Origin: Candidatus Margulisiibacteriota bacterium
Lineage (GTDB): Bacteria > Margulisbacteria > WOR-1 > O2-12-FULL-45-9
Length of the DNA stretch: 44,844 nt
NCBI GenBank assembly: GCA_034723395.1
Contig: JAYEOW010000016.1
Span: forward strand, 1 to 44,844
Reading direction: 5' to 3'
Shown here: positions 1-8,871 of the stretch, in pieces
Numbering within the stretch: position 1 is the stretch's first letter
Layout: each line of letters begins with the position of its first letter
Notes under the pieces: model-generated
What the model was told of the DNA's origin: nothing
Databases searched by the model: none
The model's input: the letters and a program-made list of their open reading frames with translations, nothing else
Program-made: the position numbers and the translations under genes

Positions 1-126
1 AAAATGATCAAACGGTTAAGTTTCGGCTTTCGCAATGTCCAAATTTACATCAGAAAAATGATGCTGGCGTTTATTCCCATTACTTATCTAGGAGGTTTAG
101 TTTGGCACACTTTTTGCTGAGGAGCC
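1..126 (+). mobile_element. Right end of an ISL3-family insertion sequence (transposase C-terminus plus terminal repeat end)
   Basis: Frame 1 reads KMIKRLSFGFRNVQIYIRKMMLAF...C* (stop 118-120), matching the ISL3 transposase C-terminal pattern K.IKR.(A/S)(Y/F)GFRN. It is followed by GAGCC (122-126), the reverse complement of the GGCTC start typical of ISL3 ends. Truncated by the window edge. Confidence 0.75.
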
Positions 127-153
127 CGAAAAAATAATCATATAATGTAGAGC

Positions 154-492
154 TTAGGGACGCTTTTTATCTTTCTCTTCTTCCCTGATCTTCCCGATCA
201 TTCTTTCACGTTTCTGGGCCATACGATCGAGTTTGTAAACAAAGAAAAGAACTTCGGCAACCAGGGTATAAAGCTCCGGCGGGACCTCAATATCAAGCTC
301 TAATTTTGATAAAAGTTTGGCTAATTCCGGATCTTCATAGAGAGGGATCTTGTTGTCGTCGGCAATCCGAAGGATTTCATCGGCAACCGGGCCGCGCCCG
401 GTGGCAATTACCAGCGGCGCCTTATCGCGGTCCAGGTCATAACGAAGGGCTACGGCTGTTTTACGCGGTGGTTTTGGTTTTTCTTCTGCCAT
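154..492 (-). CDS. Stand-alone FlhB/EscU C-terminal domain protein (type III export switch-like, FlhX/YlqH type)
   Basis: AVALRYD...APLVIATGRG.VA.EI..IA....IP.YEDP.LA.LL..LE....VPPELY..VAEVL.FVY is the FlhB C-terminal domain. No TM region and no NPTH cleavage motif. Confidence 0.92.
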   Translation of the reverse strand: MAEEKPKPPRKTAVALRYDLDRDKAPLVIATGRGPVADEILRIADDNKIPLYEDPELAKLLSKLELDIEVPPELYTLVAEVLFFVYKLDRMAQKRERMIGKIREEEKDKKRP

Positions 493-498
493 AATGAA

Positions 499-1779
499 TT
501 ATGCCTCAATATCAATCTTTTTCAACAAAGCTTCCAAGCTCGGGATCATCGGGATCAAATACGGTTTAATGTTGCACATCGCCGGGTCGACCTTTACCTG
601 ATAACCGGTGATCATAAATTTTTGTTTTGCCAGTTTTTCCTGCAGGTCGCCAAACTCCTTGGCAATTAATCCCCGCCCCTCGTTGCCGTGATCTTTTTCA
701 GAAAAAACAAATATAACATAAACTTTACCATCTTTAACGATCATCGATACGACCATCTTCCCCATATTGGCGGTTTCCATAGACATGGTAACTTGAGTGT
801 TCCTTGGATCGACCACCGCATTTTTACCCTCCCCCTGCCGCTTGATCACGATCTCAAGATCTTTGGGAGGATCGGTCATTGCGTTTGGCACTTGATGGTA
901 CTGATAATTCACTTCAGACCTGCCCTTTTGCGAAAGGATTGACTGCGCCAAAAGATTCTGCAGAACACTTTCCATTTTCGATTGGAATTCGGTTAAAGCG
1001 GAAGATAGCACCTGTGCTTCCGCACTATTCGATGTTGGCGCCTTTTGCTGCAGCCCCTGCATCAACGCCTTTAATGCCCGGACATCGTTGATCAGGTTTT
1101 TCCCGATACCCGGTTTTCCAGAAAACTTCTGTGATAAACTTTGAAAATTTTCATCAAACTGGGAAAGGAGACCATTTAATTGGGAAATAAGGCTTGAGTC
1201 CAGCAATCCCTTCCCCATCCCCAAGGCCGACGTTAAGTTGCCAATCCCTTCCTGGATCGTCATCATCTGCGACGCCATCCCCGGGTTTTCCGAAAAATAT
1301 TGTCCCAGTACTTTTACCGCCTGCGGAGAATCAATCCCTTTCATAAGGAGCAAAACCGCCGCATCCTGCATCGCTTGTGATTTATTTGTGCCTTGTAACA
1401 TAGTCGATAGCTTTACAAAATTAGCACGGGAAAGCTCCAGGCCATTACGTAGCATTAATGAAGCTAATTTAGTATTAAAATCGCTCGGATTTATCTGGAG
1501 ATTGTTTAAAAGATGGGTTCGAATATCCTGGACAGTTAACGGTCGAGCCACTGATGGAGCAGGCTTAGCTGGAGCCGCGGGTGAAGTAGTTTGAGGAGCT
1601 TGGGTCGGAGCGACCTCAGTTGGTTTGGTTGGGGTTGTCGTTGGCTGAGAAGTGCGCACATTCCCAGTTGTCTGCGTTTGTTGTGGTTGATTTACTGGAG
1701 AACTTTGTGCTTTTCCAGTCGGCCAGATAATCGGCTTACCAGGATGGACTCCAGCGCCTTCTGCACCAAATTGAGCCAT
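499..1779 (-). CDS. FliK/SctP-like length-control (ruler) protein
   Basis: Long P/T/Q-rich N-terminus. C-terminal QVP...LEIVI...VTMSMETANMGKMVVSMIVKDGKVYVIF...L...L resembles the FliK C-terminal (T3S4) domain. Lies directly upstream of the FlhB-C gene, a common pairing. Confidence 0.7.
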   Translation of the reverse strand: MAQFGAEGAGVHPGKPIIWPTGKAQSSPVNQPQQTQTTGNVRTSQPTTTPTKPTEVAPTQAPQTTSPAAPAKPAPSVARPLTVQDIRTHLLNNLQINPSDFNTKLASLMLRNGLELSRANFVKLSTMLQGTNKSQAMQDAAVLLLMKGIDSPQAVKVLGQYFSENPGMASQMMTIQEGIGNLTSALGMGKGLLDSSLISQLNGLLSQFDENFQSLSQKFSGKPGIGKNLINDVRALKALMQGLQQKAPTSNSAEAQVLSSALTEFQSKMESVLQNLLAQSILSQKGRSEVNYQYHQVPNAMTDPPKDLEIVIKRQGEGKNAVVDPRNTQVTMSMETANMGKMVVSMIVKDGKVYVIFVFSEKDHGNEGRGLIAKEFGDLQEKLAKQKFMITGYQVKVDPAMCNIKPYLIPMIPSLEALLKKIDIEA

Positions 1780-1783
1780 TATT

Positions 1784-1793
1784 CCCCCCCCCC
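1784..1793 (-). repeat. G10 homopolymer at the RBS position of the FliK-like gene
   Basis: Ten consecutive C on the + strand; 4 nt lie between the run and the ATG at 1779. Confidence 0.9.
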
Positions 1794-1796
1794 TTG

Positions 1797-1827
1797 AAAA
1801 TAGAAAAGACAGCCATCAAGCTGTCTT
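1797..1827 (-). terminator. Intrinsic terminator-like hairpin
   Basis: Minus strand AAGACAGC-TTGATG-GCTGTCTT followed by TTCTATTTT; downstream of rplY and of the promoter at 1865-1892. Confidence 0.6.
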
Positions 1828-1864
1828 AATTCTCTACTATAGCAGATGGCGCCATCTATTATAT

Positions 1865-1892
1865 ATATCGTGTTAAAACGCCAAAAACTTGT
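1865..1892 (-). promoter_or_regulatory. sigma28/FliA-like promoter 1 (FliK-like/FlhB-C pair)
   Basis: ACAAGTTT-N12-CACGATAT. Confidence 0.75.
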
Positions 1893-1893
1893 A

Positions 1894-2634
1894 CTATTTT
1901 TTCTCTTTTTTCTCTTCAGCAGCCGGCTTCTCCGCCTTAGCTGGAGCCGCTCCAGGGGCCGCCTTTTCTTTAACCTGCTCATCAGCAACCGCATCTTCAC
2001 CCTCTGCCGTCGCTGCCACAGCTTCTTCCGGTGTTGCGGGAGGAGGAGCTTCCTCTTCCTCTTTGGTCGGCGACGAAACCGAGGCCAGCATCTCGCCTTC
2101 GGAAGTTAAGATCTCAATTTTGTTTGATAGTTTGATATCTGAAACGTGTAAAGAATCATTAACCTTCAGCACAGTCACGTCCAATTCATATTTATCAGGG
2201 ATATCTCCCGGTAAACATTTTACTTCGATCTCCCTTAATCCATGGACCAAAACTCCGCCATCTTCTTTTACGCCGATCGGAACGCCTAATAATTCGACCG
2301 GGACTTCGGTCTTTATCGCTTCGTCCATAACGACATGCATAAAATCCAGGTGGATGATATCATCCGTCATCGGGTTCTGCTGAACGCTATGGGTAATTAC
2401 CGGAATATCTTTCTTTACGCCGTCATCCGAGATTTTTAGGGTAAAAATAAGGTTATGCCCAGCTTCGGATTTAATAATTTTTTTGATAAATTCCTTATTG
2501 TCTACCGAGATCGCCATCGCTTTAAATTTACGTCCATAGACAACCGCCGGGATCAGGCCCTGTCTTCTCGCGTTCTTAGCCTTTTTCCCCAGATCTTCCC
2601 TCTTACTTGCTTTTAATTCAACTTTAGCAACCAT
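1894..2634 (-). CDS. rplY: 50S ribosomal protein L25/CTC (long form)
   Basis: ARRQGLIPAVVYG, HLDF, VPVELLG.PIGVKEDGG, CLP.DIP, acidic tail; AAGGAG RBS. Confidence 0.96.
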   Translation of the reverse strand: MVAKVELKASKREDLGKKAKNARRQGLIPAVVYGRKFKAMAISVDNKEFIKKIIKSEAGHNLIFTLKISDDGVKKDIPVITHSVQQNPMTDDIIHLDFMHVVMDEAIKTEVPVELLGVPIGVKEDGGVLVHGLREIEVKCLPGDIPDKYELDVTVLKVNDSLHVSDIKLSNKIEILTSEGEMLASVSSPTKEEEEAPPPATPEEAVAATAEGEDAVADEQVKEKAAPGAAPAKAEKPAAEEKKEKK

Positions 2635-2673
2635 TTTTTCTCCTTTTAGGCCGTAGAAATAATATCATATTTA

Positions 2674-4470
2674 TTATTCTGACGCAACCCCGTAAGGGAC
2701 CCGGCGCTTCCCATGCAGGATATATTGCCCTTCGTACGGCTCGGGCGAATATACCTTTCTAAAACGATATTGCTTATACCACTTTAAAATATCCCTTGCC
2801 ACATAAGCTGAGGCCTTATCCCCGTGCTCGCCATGCGCCACAAAAACAGAAATCACAATTTCGGGATCATCATATGGCGCATAACAGATAAACCAGGCGT
2901 GCGCTTTACCCGGATTTTCGGCGGTCCCGGTCTTGCCCGCTGCCGGGAATCCAGGGATCCTGGCAGCAACTCCGGTCGCCCGATTTACTACTTGCCGGAG
3001 CATCGCCCTCATATATTCCAAGTTTTTTTCTGATATGGGGAGGCCTCCGATCACTTCGGTCTTGCCTTTATAAACTATTTGCCCCGCTTTATTCATAATT
3101 TCATCGACCACATAAGGTTTTACCCTTCTCCCGGTCGCGATGCCGGCATAGACCGAAGCCATCTGTAAAGGGGTGACCTGGACAAATCCCTGTCCGATCC
3201 CATAATTTATCGAATCACCATCATACCAGTTTTCCTTTAAATACTTTTTCTTCCATCGCCTGTCCGGGACATTCCCCCTCTTCTCTTGTGGGAGATCAAT
3301 TTTTGTTCGCTCGCCCAAACCAAATTTTTTAGCATACTTGGCAATAAGGTCAGGCCCCAGCCTTTTACCAAGTTCATAAAATACGATATCGCACGACCAG
3401 ACCAGCCCTTCTAATGTATCTACCGGACCATGCCCCCCCTCTAACCAACACTTTGCGATCCGGTTGTTGACCCGGTAATACCCCTTGCAATCGAACACCT
3501 CGGTTGTCGTCGTCTTCCCCTCTTCCAGCGCGGCGGCCAGAGTAATTACCTTAAAGATAGAACCGGGAGGATAGTGCGCCAGCGGACGGTTCATGAACGG
3601 GTGATTCTTTTTTCCCAGCTCTTTCCATTTCCAGTTTATCAGCGGATCGGTAAACACATTCGGATCATAATTCGGGTAACTGGCCAGAGCGAGGATCTCT
3701 CCCGACTTTACATCCATAACCACAACCGCCCCTTCCCGGCCACCCAACGCCTTCTCAACCGCCTGCTGTAATTTCAAGTCCAAAGTCAGCTTCATGTCTC
3801 CGCCCGGGACCGGCTCCAAAGATTCGAGCACCCGGGTCGGCGAACCGTAAACGTCGACTTCAATTTTTTTCCCGCCATCTTTACCGCGAACATATTTATC
3901 ATATATCTTTTCTACCCCGTCCTTCCCGATAACATCTCCCAACCGATATCCTTTTCGCCTCGATTTAACCAATTCTTCCGCCTCTATCTCTCCCACATGC
4001 CCCAAAATATGCGACGCTAAATTATTATATTTATAAAGCCTTACCGGACGGCTGGTCACAACTACCCCGGCAAGTTCGCGCTTTCGCTCTTCGATGCGGA
4101 TTGCGGTCGTCAAAGATATATTGTCTTTTACAATGATAGGCTCCGCCGCGGTAACCTTGGTATCGATCTTTTCGCCCAGTATTTTACCAAGCTCATTTAA
4201 TATTTTTTCCCTCTCATTTTTACTTTTAGCATTTAAAACATAAGGGAGCACCCTGACCGAAAAGATCGGGCGGCTTTCGACCATCACCCTGCCGAAACGG
4301 TCATATATAACCCCGCGCGGGGCGGGTTCGGCAACTGTTTTCGCCGCATTCTCGATCGCCAGTTTAATATATTTCCCTCTTTCAGTGATCTGAAGATGGA
4401 CCAGGCGCAGAAAAAGCAATGCAAAAATGGCCATGATCGCCCCAAACAGCACTTGATTCTTATTAAGCAT
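2674..4470 (-). CDS. mrdA: Penicillin-binding protein 2
   Basis: N-terminal TM, APRG.IYDR, SxxK (GSIFK), SCD, KTGT; follows mreBCD. Confidence 0.95.
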   Translation of the reverse strand: MLNKNQVLFGAIMAIFALLFLRLVHLQITERGKYIKLAIENAAKTVAEPAPRGVIYDRFGRVMVESRPIFSVRVLPYVLNAKSKNEREKILNELGKILGEKIDTKVTAAEPIIVKDNISLTTAIRIEERKRELAGVVVTSRPVRLYKYNNLASHILGHVGEIEAEELVKSRRKGYRLGDVIGKDGVEKIYDKYVRGKDGGKKIEVDVYGSPTRVLESLEPVPGGDMKLTLDLKLQQAVEKALGGREGAVVVMDVKSGEILALASYPNYDPNVFTDPLINWKWKELGKKNHPFMNRPLAHYPPGSIFKVITLAAALEEGKTTTTEVFDCKGYYRVNNRIAKCWLEGGHGPVDTLEGLVWSCDIVFYELGKRLGPDLIAKYAKKFGLGERTKIDLPQEKRGNVPDRRWKKKYLKENWYDGDSINYGIGQGFVQVTPLQMASVYAGIATGRRVKPYVVDEIMNKAGQIVYKGKTEVIGGLPISEKNLEYMRAMLRQVVNRATGVAARIPGFPAAGKTGTAENPGKAHAWFICYAPYDDPEIVISVFVAHGEHGDKASAYVARDILKWYKQYRFRKVYSPEPYEGQYILHGKRRVPYGVASE

Positions 4471-4936
4471 GGCTGATCCTTTTTACGATCGGAAAGAGGA
4501 CCGGGACAAACAGCATGTTATATACCGTCGCTAAAATTGCGTTGGTGATAATAAAATAACAATCAAACCGGGCCCTCCCGAAAAAATAAAGAATTCCTAT
4601 TTCAAAAAGCCTGGAGAGCGGAGTAAAAACAACCACCAGGACCACAGAAAAAACAAATTCGTTCCCCATAAAGTTTTCTTTTAGCAAGTTCACGACCAAA
4701 CTAACCAATACTTTTACGATCGTATTGAAGTAAACACCAAATGAAAGAAGATCTTGTAATAATCCGGCCCCTGCCGAAAATATCGCTGACCTTTGCTGGC
4801 TATTAAAAACCGAATAAATGATCACCGAAACCAATATAAGATCGGGCACTACCCCAAACAGGTTCAAACGCGCAAAAATGACCGCCTGAAACATTAAGAC
4901 AACCAAGATATATATACTAGCGAGTAAAAAGGTCAT
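4463..4936 (-). CDS. mreD: Rod shape-determining protein MreD
   Basis: Hydrophobic, PDL.L and GLLQDL motifs, between mreC and mrdA. Confidence 0.9.
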   Translation of the reverse strand: MTFLLASIYILVVLMFQAVIFARLNLFGVVPDLILVSVIIYSVFNSQQRSAIFSAGAGLLQDLLSFGVYFNTIVKVLVSLVVNLLKENFMGNEFVFSVVLVVVFTPLSRLFEIGILYFFGRARFDCYFIITNAILATVYNMLFVPVLFPIVKRISHA

Positions 4937-4937
4937 T

Positions 4938-5750
4938 TTATAAAACGATGAACACTTCTTCGAGTTTTGAAAAATCGACCGCCGGTTTTACATCAATATG
5001 GTAAAAGAGATCGTGCTCCCCCTTGGATGCGCGCAAAATATGTCCGATCGGTATCCCTTGCGGAAAAACGGTCGATATATACGCAGTAGCAATTTCGTCC
5101 CCGATTTTAATGTCCTTCCCCGCACTGACATATCTCATCACCAGCCGGTTCCTGTGGGCGCCGACTACGACCCCAAAATCACGGCTTCTCTTATCCGCCG
5201 CGGCAACCGAACTTTCAACATCGGTAATCAGCATGATCTTCGAGGAAAAGGGCGAGACCTCAACCACCCGGCCCACCAATCCCTCTTTTACCATAACCGC
5301 ATCGTCAAGTTTAACTCCGGCCCTGCTCCCCTTATTTGAAATCAGGATCGTAAACCAGGGGACCGGGCTTTTCCCGATAATTTGGGCCGGCAATAACCGA
5401 TAGCGGTATTGGCTGATATTCCTAAAGCTAAGCGATTTTTTTAGCCGTTCATTCTCTTTGATCAATTCTTCCATTGAGAGCATTTTTGTGCTGAGCAGAT
5501 TAACTTCATCGGTAAGTTCAGCGTTCCTTCGCGATAGTGAATGCAGGTCCATGATCGCGCCGGGGGTTCCGGTCACCCCCTTCCAAACTGAAACAACGAC
5601 AAATTGAAAAGGATAAGTTATCGCGGCAAAGACCGGCCTCACCGCAAAAAAGTCACGGACTGCGGAAATAGAGATAAAGAGGGCGAGCAAAACAATAACA
5701 ATGGTTAAGGTATATGATTTTCTCTTTCGGTAGGGTCTTCGACCGATCAC
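4938..5750 (-). CDS. mreC: Rod shape-determining protein MreC
   Basis: TM plus coiled coil (ENERLK), KGS..GV, GLVGRV, FP.GIPIG, KPAVDF. Confidence 0.95.
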   Translation of the reverse strand: MIGRRPYRKRKSYTLTIVIVLLALFISISAVRDFFAVRPVFAAITYPFQFVVVSVWKGVTGTPGAIMDLHSLSRRNAELTDEVNLLSTKMLSMEELIKENERLKKSLSFRNISQYRYRLLPAQIIGKSPVPWFTILISNKGSRAGVKLDDAVMVKEGLVGRVVEVSPFSSKIMLITDVESSVAAADKRSRDFGVVVGAHRNRLVMRYVSAGKDIKIGDEIATAYISTVFPQGIPIGHILRASKGEHDLFYHIDVKPAVDFSKLEEVFIVL

Positions 5751-6793
5751 TGGTTTGTTCGCTTGGGCATTATCAATACCTTTTTAAGGGTATCGATCTC
5801 TTCTAATATTTTTCCGGTGCCGTAAGCCACACAGGAGATCGGGTCATCTACTACATAAACCGACATATCGGTTTCCTGGGCGATATATTTATCAAGCCCG
5901 CGAAGCAGGGACCCCCCACCGGCCATTACGATCCCGCGGTCCATAATATCGGCCGCCAGTTCTGGAGGGGTCTTTTCCAGGGTTATTCTTACCGCATCCA
6001 CTACGGTGGCAACCGGCTCCGACAACGCATCCCTGATCTCGGAAGAGGTAAGGGTCAAAGTTTTTGGAAGGCCGGTAACCAGATCGCGTCCGCGGACTTC
6101 GATCGTTTTCTCTTCAGAAAGCGGATAAGCCGAACCGACATCGATCTTGATCTGCTCAGCGGTCCTTTCGCCGATCAATAAATTATAATTTTTTCGACAG
6201 TGGGCGACAATCGCTTCGTCCATTTCGTCGCCGGCAACCCGGATCGATTTTGAAACAATGATCCCGCCCAAAGCTAAAACAGCAACTTCGGTAGTTCCTC
6301 CGCCGATGTCAACCACCATGCTCCCCTGCGCTTCAGAGACCGGAAGATTAGCGCCGATCGCCGCCGCCATCGGCTCTTCAACTAAATAGGCCTCTCTCGC
6401 TCCGGCATGCATTGCGGCATCCAAAACAGCCCTCTTCTCTACTCCTGTAATTCCGGATGGGACACCAACTACAATTCTCGGCCTGACAAAAGCAGAACGG
6501 TTATGGCTCTTATGAATAAAATGGCGAAGCATCATCTCGGTGATCTCGAAATCGGCAATAACACCGTCACGCATCGGACGGACGGCTACAATACTGGCTG
6601 GAGTTCTGCCTAGCATACCCTTTGCTTCGTTTCCAAAAGCTAAAGCGCGGCCGCCATCCTTATCGATCGCGACAACTGACGGTTCACAAAGGATAATCCC
6701 TTCCGCTCTGGCGAAAACTAGAGTAGTTGCGGTACCAAGATCAATCCCTAAATCCCTCGAAAAATGGCCAAAAATCATATCATAAACGCCCAT
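5747..6793 (-). CDS. mreB: Rod shape-determining actin MreB
   Basis: [41 protein letters not shown]. Confidence 0.98.
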   Translation of the reverse strand: MGVYDMIFGHFSRDLGIDLGTATTLVFARAEGIILCEPSVVAIDKDGGRALAFGNEAKGMLGRTPASIVAVRPMRDGVIADFEITEMMLRHFIHKSHNRSAFVRPRIVVGVPSGITGVEKRAVLDAAMHAGAREAYLVEEPMAAAIGANLPVSEAQGSMVVDIGGGTTEVAVLALGGIIVSKSIRVAGDEMDEAIVAHCRKNYNLLIGERTAEQIKIDVGSAYPLSEEKTIEVRGRDLVTGLPKTLTLTSSEIRDALSEPVATVVDAVRITLEKTPPELAADIMDRGIVMAGGGSLLRGLDKYIAQETDMSVYVVDDPISCVAYGTGKILEEIDTLKKVLIMPKRTNQ

Positions 6794-6844
6794 AATAATA
6801 CTTCCTCCTTGAATAAAATACGAAAGGTGATCCGCCGCGTACGA

Positions 6845-7432
6845 TTATTCGTAGATAATTATCGAATCAAAGCCTTTTTTCTTCAACGCATCCTGCTGGA
6901 TCTTAGCCATCGCTTTCCTGTCATAGGCGCCAGCCTGGACCCGGTAACCATTACCAATTTTCCGAATAAAAGTGTCAATCCCTTTGGCCTTTAACTGGTT
7001 CGAAAGCCTTAATGCATTCGACTTCTCATTAAAAAATCCCGCCTGGACTTTATAGTAAGGGCCGACCGGTGATGGAGCGGTATAAACCTTTTTTGGTTTA
7101 ACTGCCGGTTTTTTCTCCTCTACCTTTGAAACCTCGATTATTTCTTCACTCTCCTCCAGCTCTTCAAAGCTCTGGAACCCGGCGATCGAAGGCGGCGGCT
7201 CAGGGATTGCTATCTCAAGCTTCTTGGCCGGCTCTTTTTTAACCGGGGCTAAGATCCGTTTCCCAAGATGGAAACTTATCCAGAAACTGCCAACAATCAA
7301 GGCAACTAGAAGGAGAAAAAGGAAAAAATTCTTTACATAGGTCATGATCTTCCCCTTTTCCGGGATCTCGATGTGATGCCTGCTTCCCTCTTCCGGCTGG
7401 TCATTAAAATCACTCTGGCCCAGATCGCTCAT
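6845..7432 (-). CDS. SPOR-domain membrane protein
   Basis: One TM, linker, and YKVQAGFF / YRVQAGAY SPOR repeats. Confidence 0.88.
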   Translation of the reverse strand: MSDLGQSDFNDQPEEGSRHHIEIPEKGKIMTYVKNFFLFLLLVALIVGSFWISFHLGKRILAPVKKEPAKKLEIAIPEPPPSIAGFQSFEELEESEEIIEVSKVEEKKPAVKPKKVYTAPSPVGPYYKVQAGFFNEKSNALRLSNQLKAKGIDTFIRKIGNGYRVQAGAYDRKAMAKIQQDALKKKGFDSIIIYE

Positions 7433-7441
7433 AGTAGGGCT

Positions 7442-7471
7442 ATTTTACTATACATCAATATGTGGAGTCAA
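7442..7471 (-). promoter_or_regulatory. sigma70-type promoter of the SPOR-mreBCD-mrdA operon
   Basis: TTGACT-N18-TAAAAT, 9 nt before the ATG at 7432, no SD. Confidence 0.55.
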
Positions 7472-7534
7472 GGAATTTTGTTTAATGGCAGCAACGTGAT
7501 AATGTCCGGTTCCTGCCTGCCACCAGGATCATAA

Positions 7535-7563
7535 TTGAAGCTTCCCTCTCTTTTTGTTATACT
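7535..7563 (+). promoter_or_regulatory. sigma70-type promoter of the ROK-his genes
   Basis: TTGAAG-N17-TATACT with extended -10 TG, 9 nt before the ATG at 7573, no SD. Confidence 0.6.
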
Positions 7564-7572
7564 TATTGAATC

Positions 7573-8445
7573 ATGATTATCGGGATTGATTTAGGCGGAA
7601 CCAAGATCGCAGGAGTGCTGGCCACCCCCTCTGGAAAAATTCTTATGGACGTAAACATCCCCACCGAAGCAAAAAAAGGGAAAAAAACAGTTATAAATAA
7701 CATTAAAAAAGCGATCGATATGCTGATCAGCAGTAAAAAGGTTAAAATTAAGGCTATCGGGATCGGCGCTCCAGGTCCGATTTTATATGAAAAAGGTATT
7801 GTAGTTGAGGCCCCCAACCTTCCGGGATGGAAAAAGGTCCGCCTGAAAGAGATCTTTGAAAAAGAGTATAACGTCCCCGTATTTGTCGATAATGACGCAA
7901 ATTGCGCGGCACTTGCCGAAGCGTGGTTTGGCGCCGGTAAATTCGCGAAGCACTTTTTATATATGACCGTTTCAACAGGCATCGGCGGTGGGATTATTAT
8001 TAACAAAAAAATATACCGCGGCGCTACCGGTACCGCGGGTGAATTTGGCCACATGACAATTAACATTGACGGCCCAAGATGCGGCTGCGGACACTACGGT
8101 CATCTGGAAGCGCATGCTTCCGGGACCGCGATGAAGAAGAAGGTTGGAATGGAAGCGGTTTCGGTCGAATTGGCCGCCCGCCAGGGAGACAAGAAGGCAT
8201 TAAAAGCGATCGAAGAGACCGCGCATTACCTGGCGATCGGTATCGCCAATCTGGTAAACATTTTTAATCCGGAGATGGTTGTGATCGGCGGCGGGCTTTC
8301 GAATATGCGGGAACTTTTATTCAAACCGGTCCGGAGAGATTTTAAAAAATATGCGCTAACCCTTCCCGCAAAATCGGTTAAGATCGTAAAAGCAAAACTA
8401 GGAAATCAAGCCGGCGTGCTCGGCGCAGCTGCCTTATGTCTATAG
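7573..8445 (+). CDS. ROK-family sugar kinase (glucokinase-like)
   Basis: IGIDLGGT, NDANCAALAE, GIGGG, GEFGH, CGCG..GHLE. Confidence 0.93.
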   Translation: MIIGIDLGGTKIAGVLATPSGKILMDVNIPTEAKKGKKTVINNIKKAIDMLISSKKVKIKAIGIGAPGPILYEKGIVVEAPNLPGWKKVRLKEIFEKEYNVPVFVDNDANCAALAEAWFGAGKFAKHFLYMTVSTGIGGGIIINKKIYRGATGTAGEFGHMTINIDGPRCGCGHYGHLEAHASGTAMKKKVGMEAVSVELAARQGDKKALKAIEETAHYLAIGIANLVNIFNPEMVVIGGGLSNMRELLFKPVRRDFKKYALTLPAKSVKIVKAKLGNQAGVLGAAALCL

Positions 8446-8446
8446 C

Positions 8447-8861
8447 CCTCACCCCTGCACCCCTCTCCATTCCCTCGACTTCGCTCGGGATGGAGAGGGG
8501 AATCAGTACCATAAATGAAAAGTAATCGCCAAATAATTTACGGCGCTAGATCCTCAAGAAAAGATTCAACGGAAGCAGAAGAATTACTTTGGCAGTCGAT
8601 TGATCGTTTTATTCTTGACTTTTATTGCCCCAGGAAAAAACTAGCTATAGAAATCGATGGAGGAATACACATTAATCGAAAAGAATATGATAGAATTAGA
8701 CAAGAAATTATCGAAAGTAAAGGAATCAAATTTCTAAGATTTAAAAACAAAGATATAATGAAAAAGATTGATTTCGTATTAAAAACAATTAAAAGAAAAT
8801 TAGTCCCCTCTCCACGAAGTGGAGAGGGGTGCCCCGAGCTTGTCGAGGGGCGGGGTGAGGA
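8447..8861. mobile_element. DUF559-carrying mini-element with palindromic inverted ends and 11-bp target-site duplication
   Basis: Starts CCTCACCCC and ends GGGGTGAGG(A). Each end has a CCCCTCTCCA..TGGAGAGGGG hairpin. Flanked by the direct repeat ATGTCTATAGC (8436-8446 and 8862-8872). Confidence 0.75.
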
Positions 8862-8871
8862 ATGTCTATAG
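8515..8871 (+). CDS. DUF559 (Vsr/PD-(D/E)XK-like) endonuclease-domain protein, apparently internally deleted
   Basis: T.AE..LW, FILDFYC..KKLAIEIDG..H, G.KFLRF.N present; the usual LR...G.KFRRQ segment is missing. Confidence 0.8.
   Translation: MKSNRQIIYGARSSRKDSTEAEELLWQSIDRFILDFYCPRKKLAIEIDGGIHINRKEYDRIRQEIIESKGIKFLRFKNKDIMKKIDFVLKTIKRKLVPSPRSGEGCPELVEGRGEECL

Noticed and set aside
103..118. sigma54-like TGGCAC-N5-TTGCT on the + strand
   Set aside because: It lies inside the transposase end and IS terminus and points antisense into the FlhB-C gene with no gene to drive; probably coincidental.
1779..2000. 73-aa minus-strand ORF spanning the rplY end and the leader
   Set aside because: Out-of-frame shadow of rplY that runs across the promoter, hairpin and G tract.
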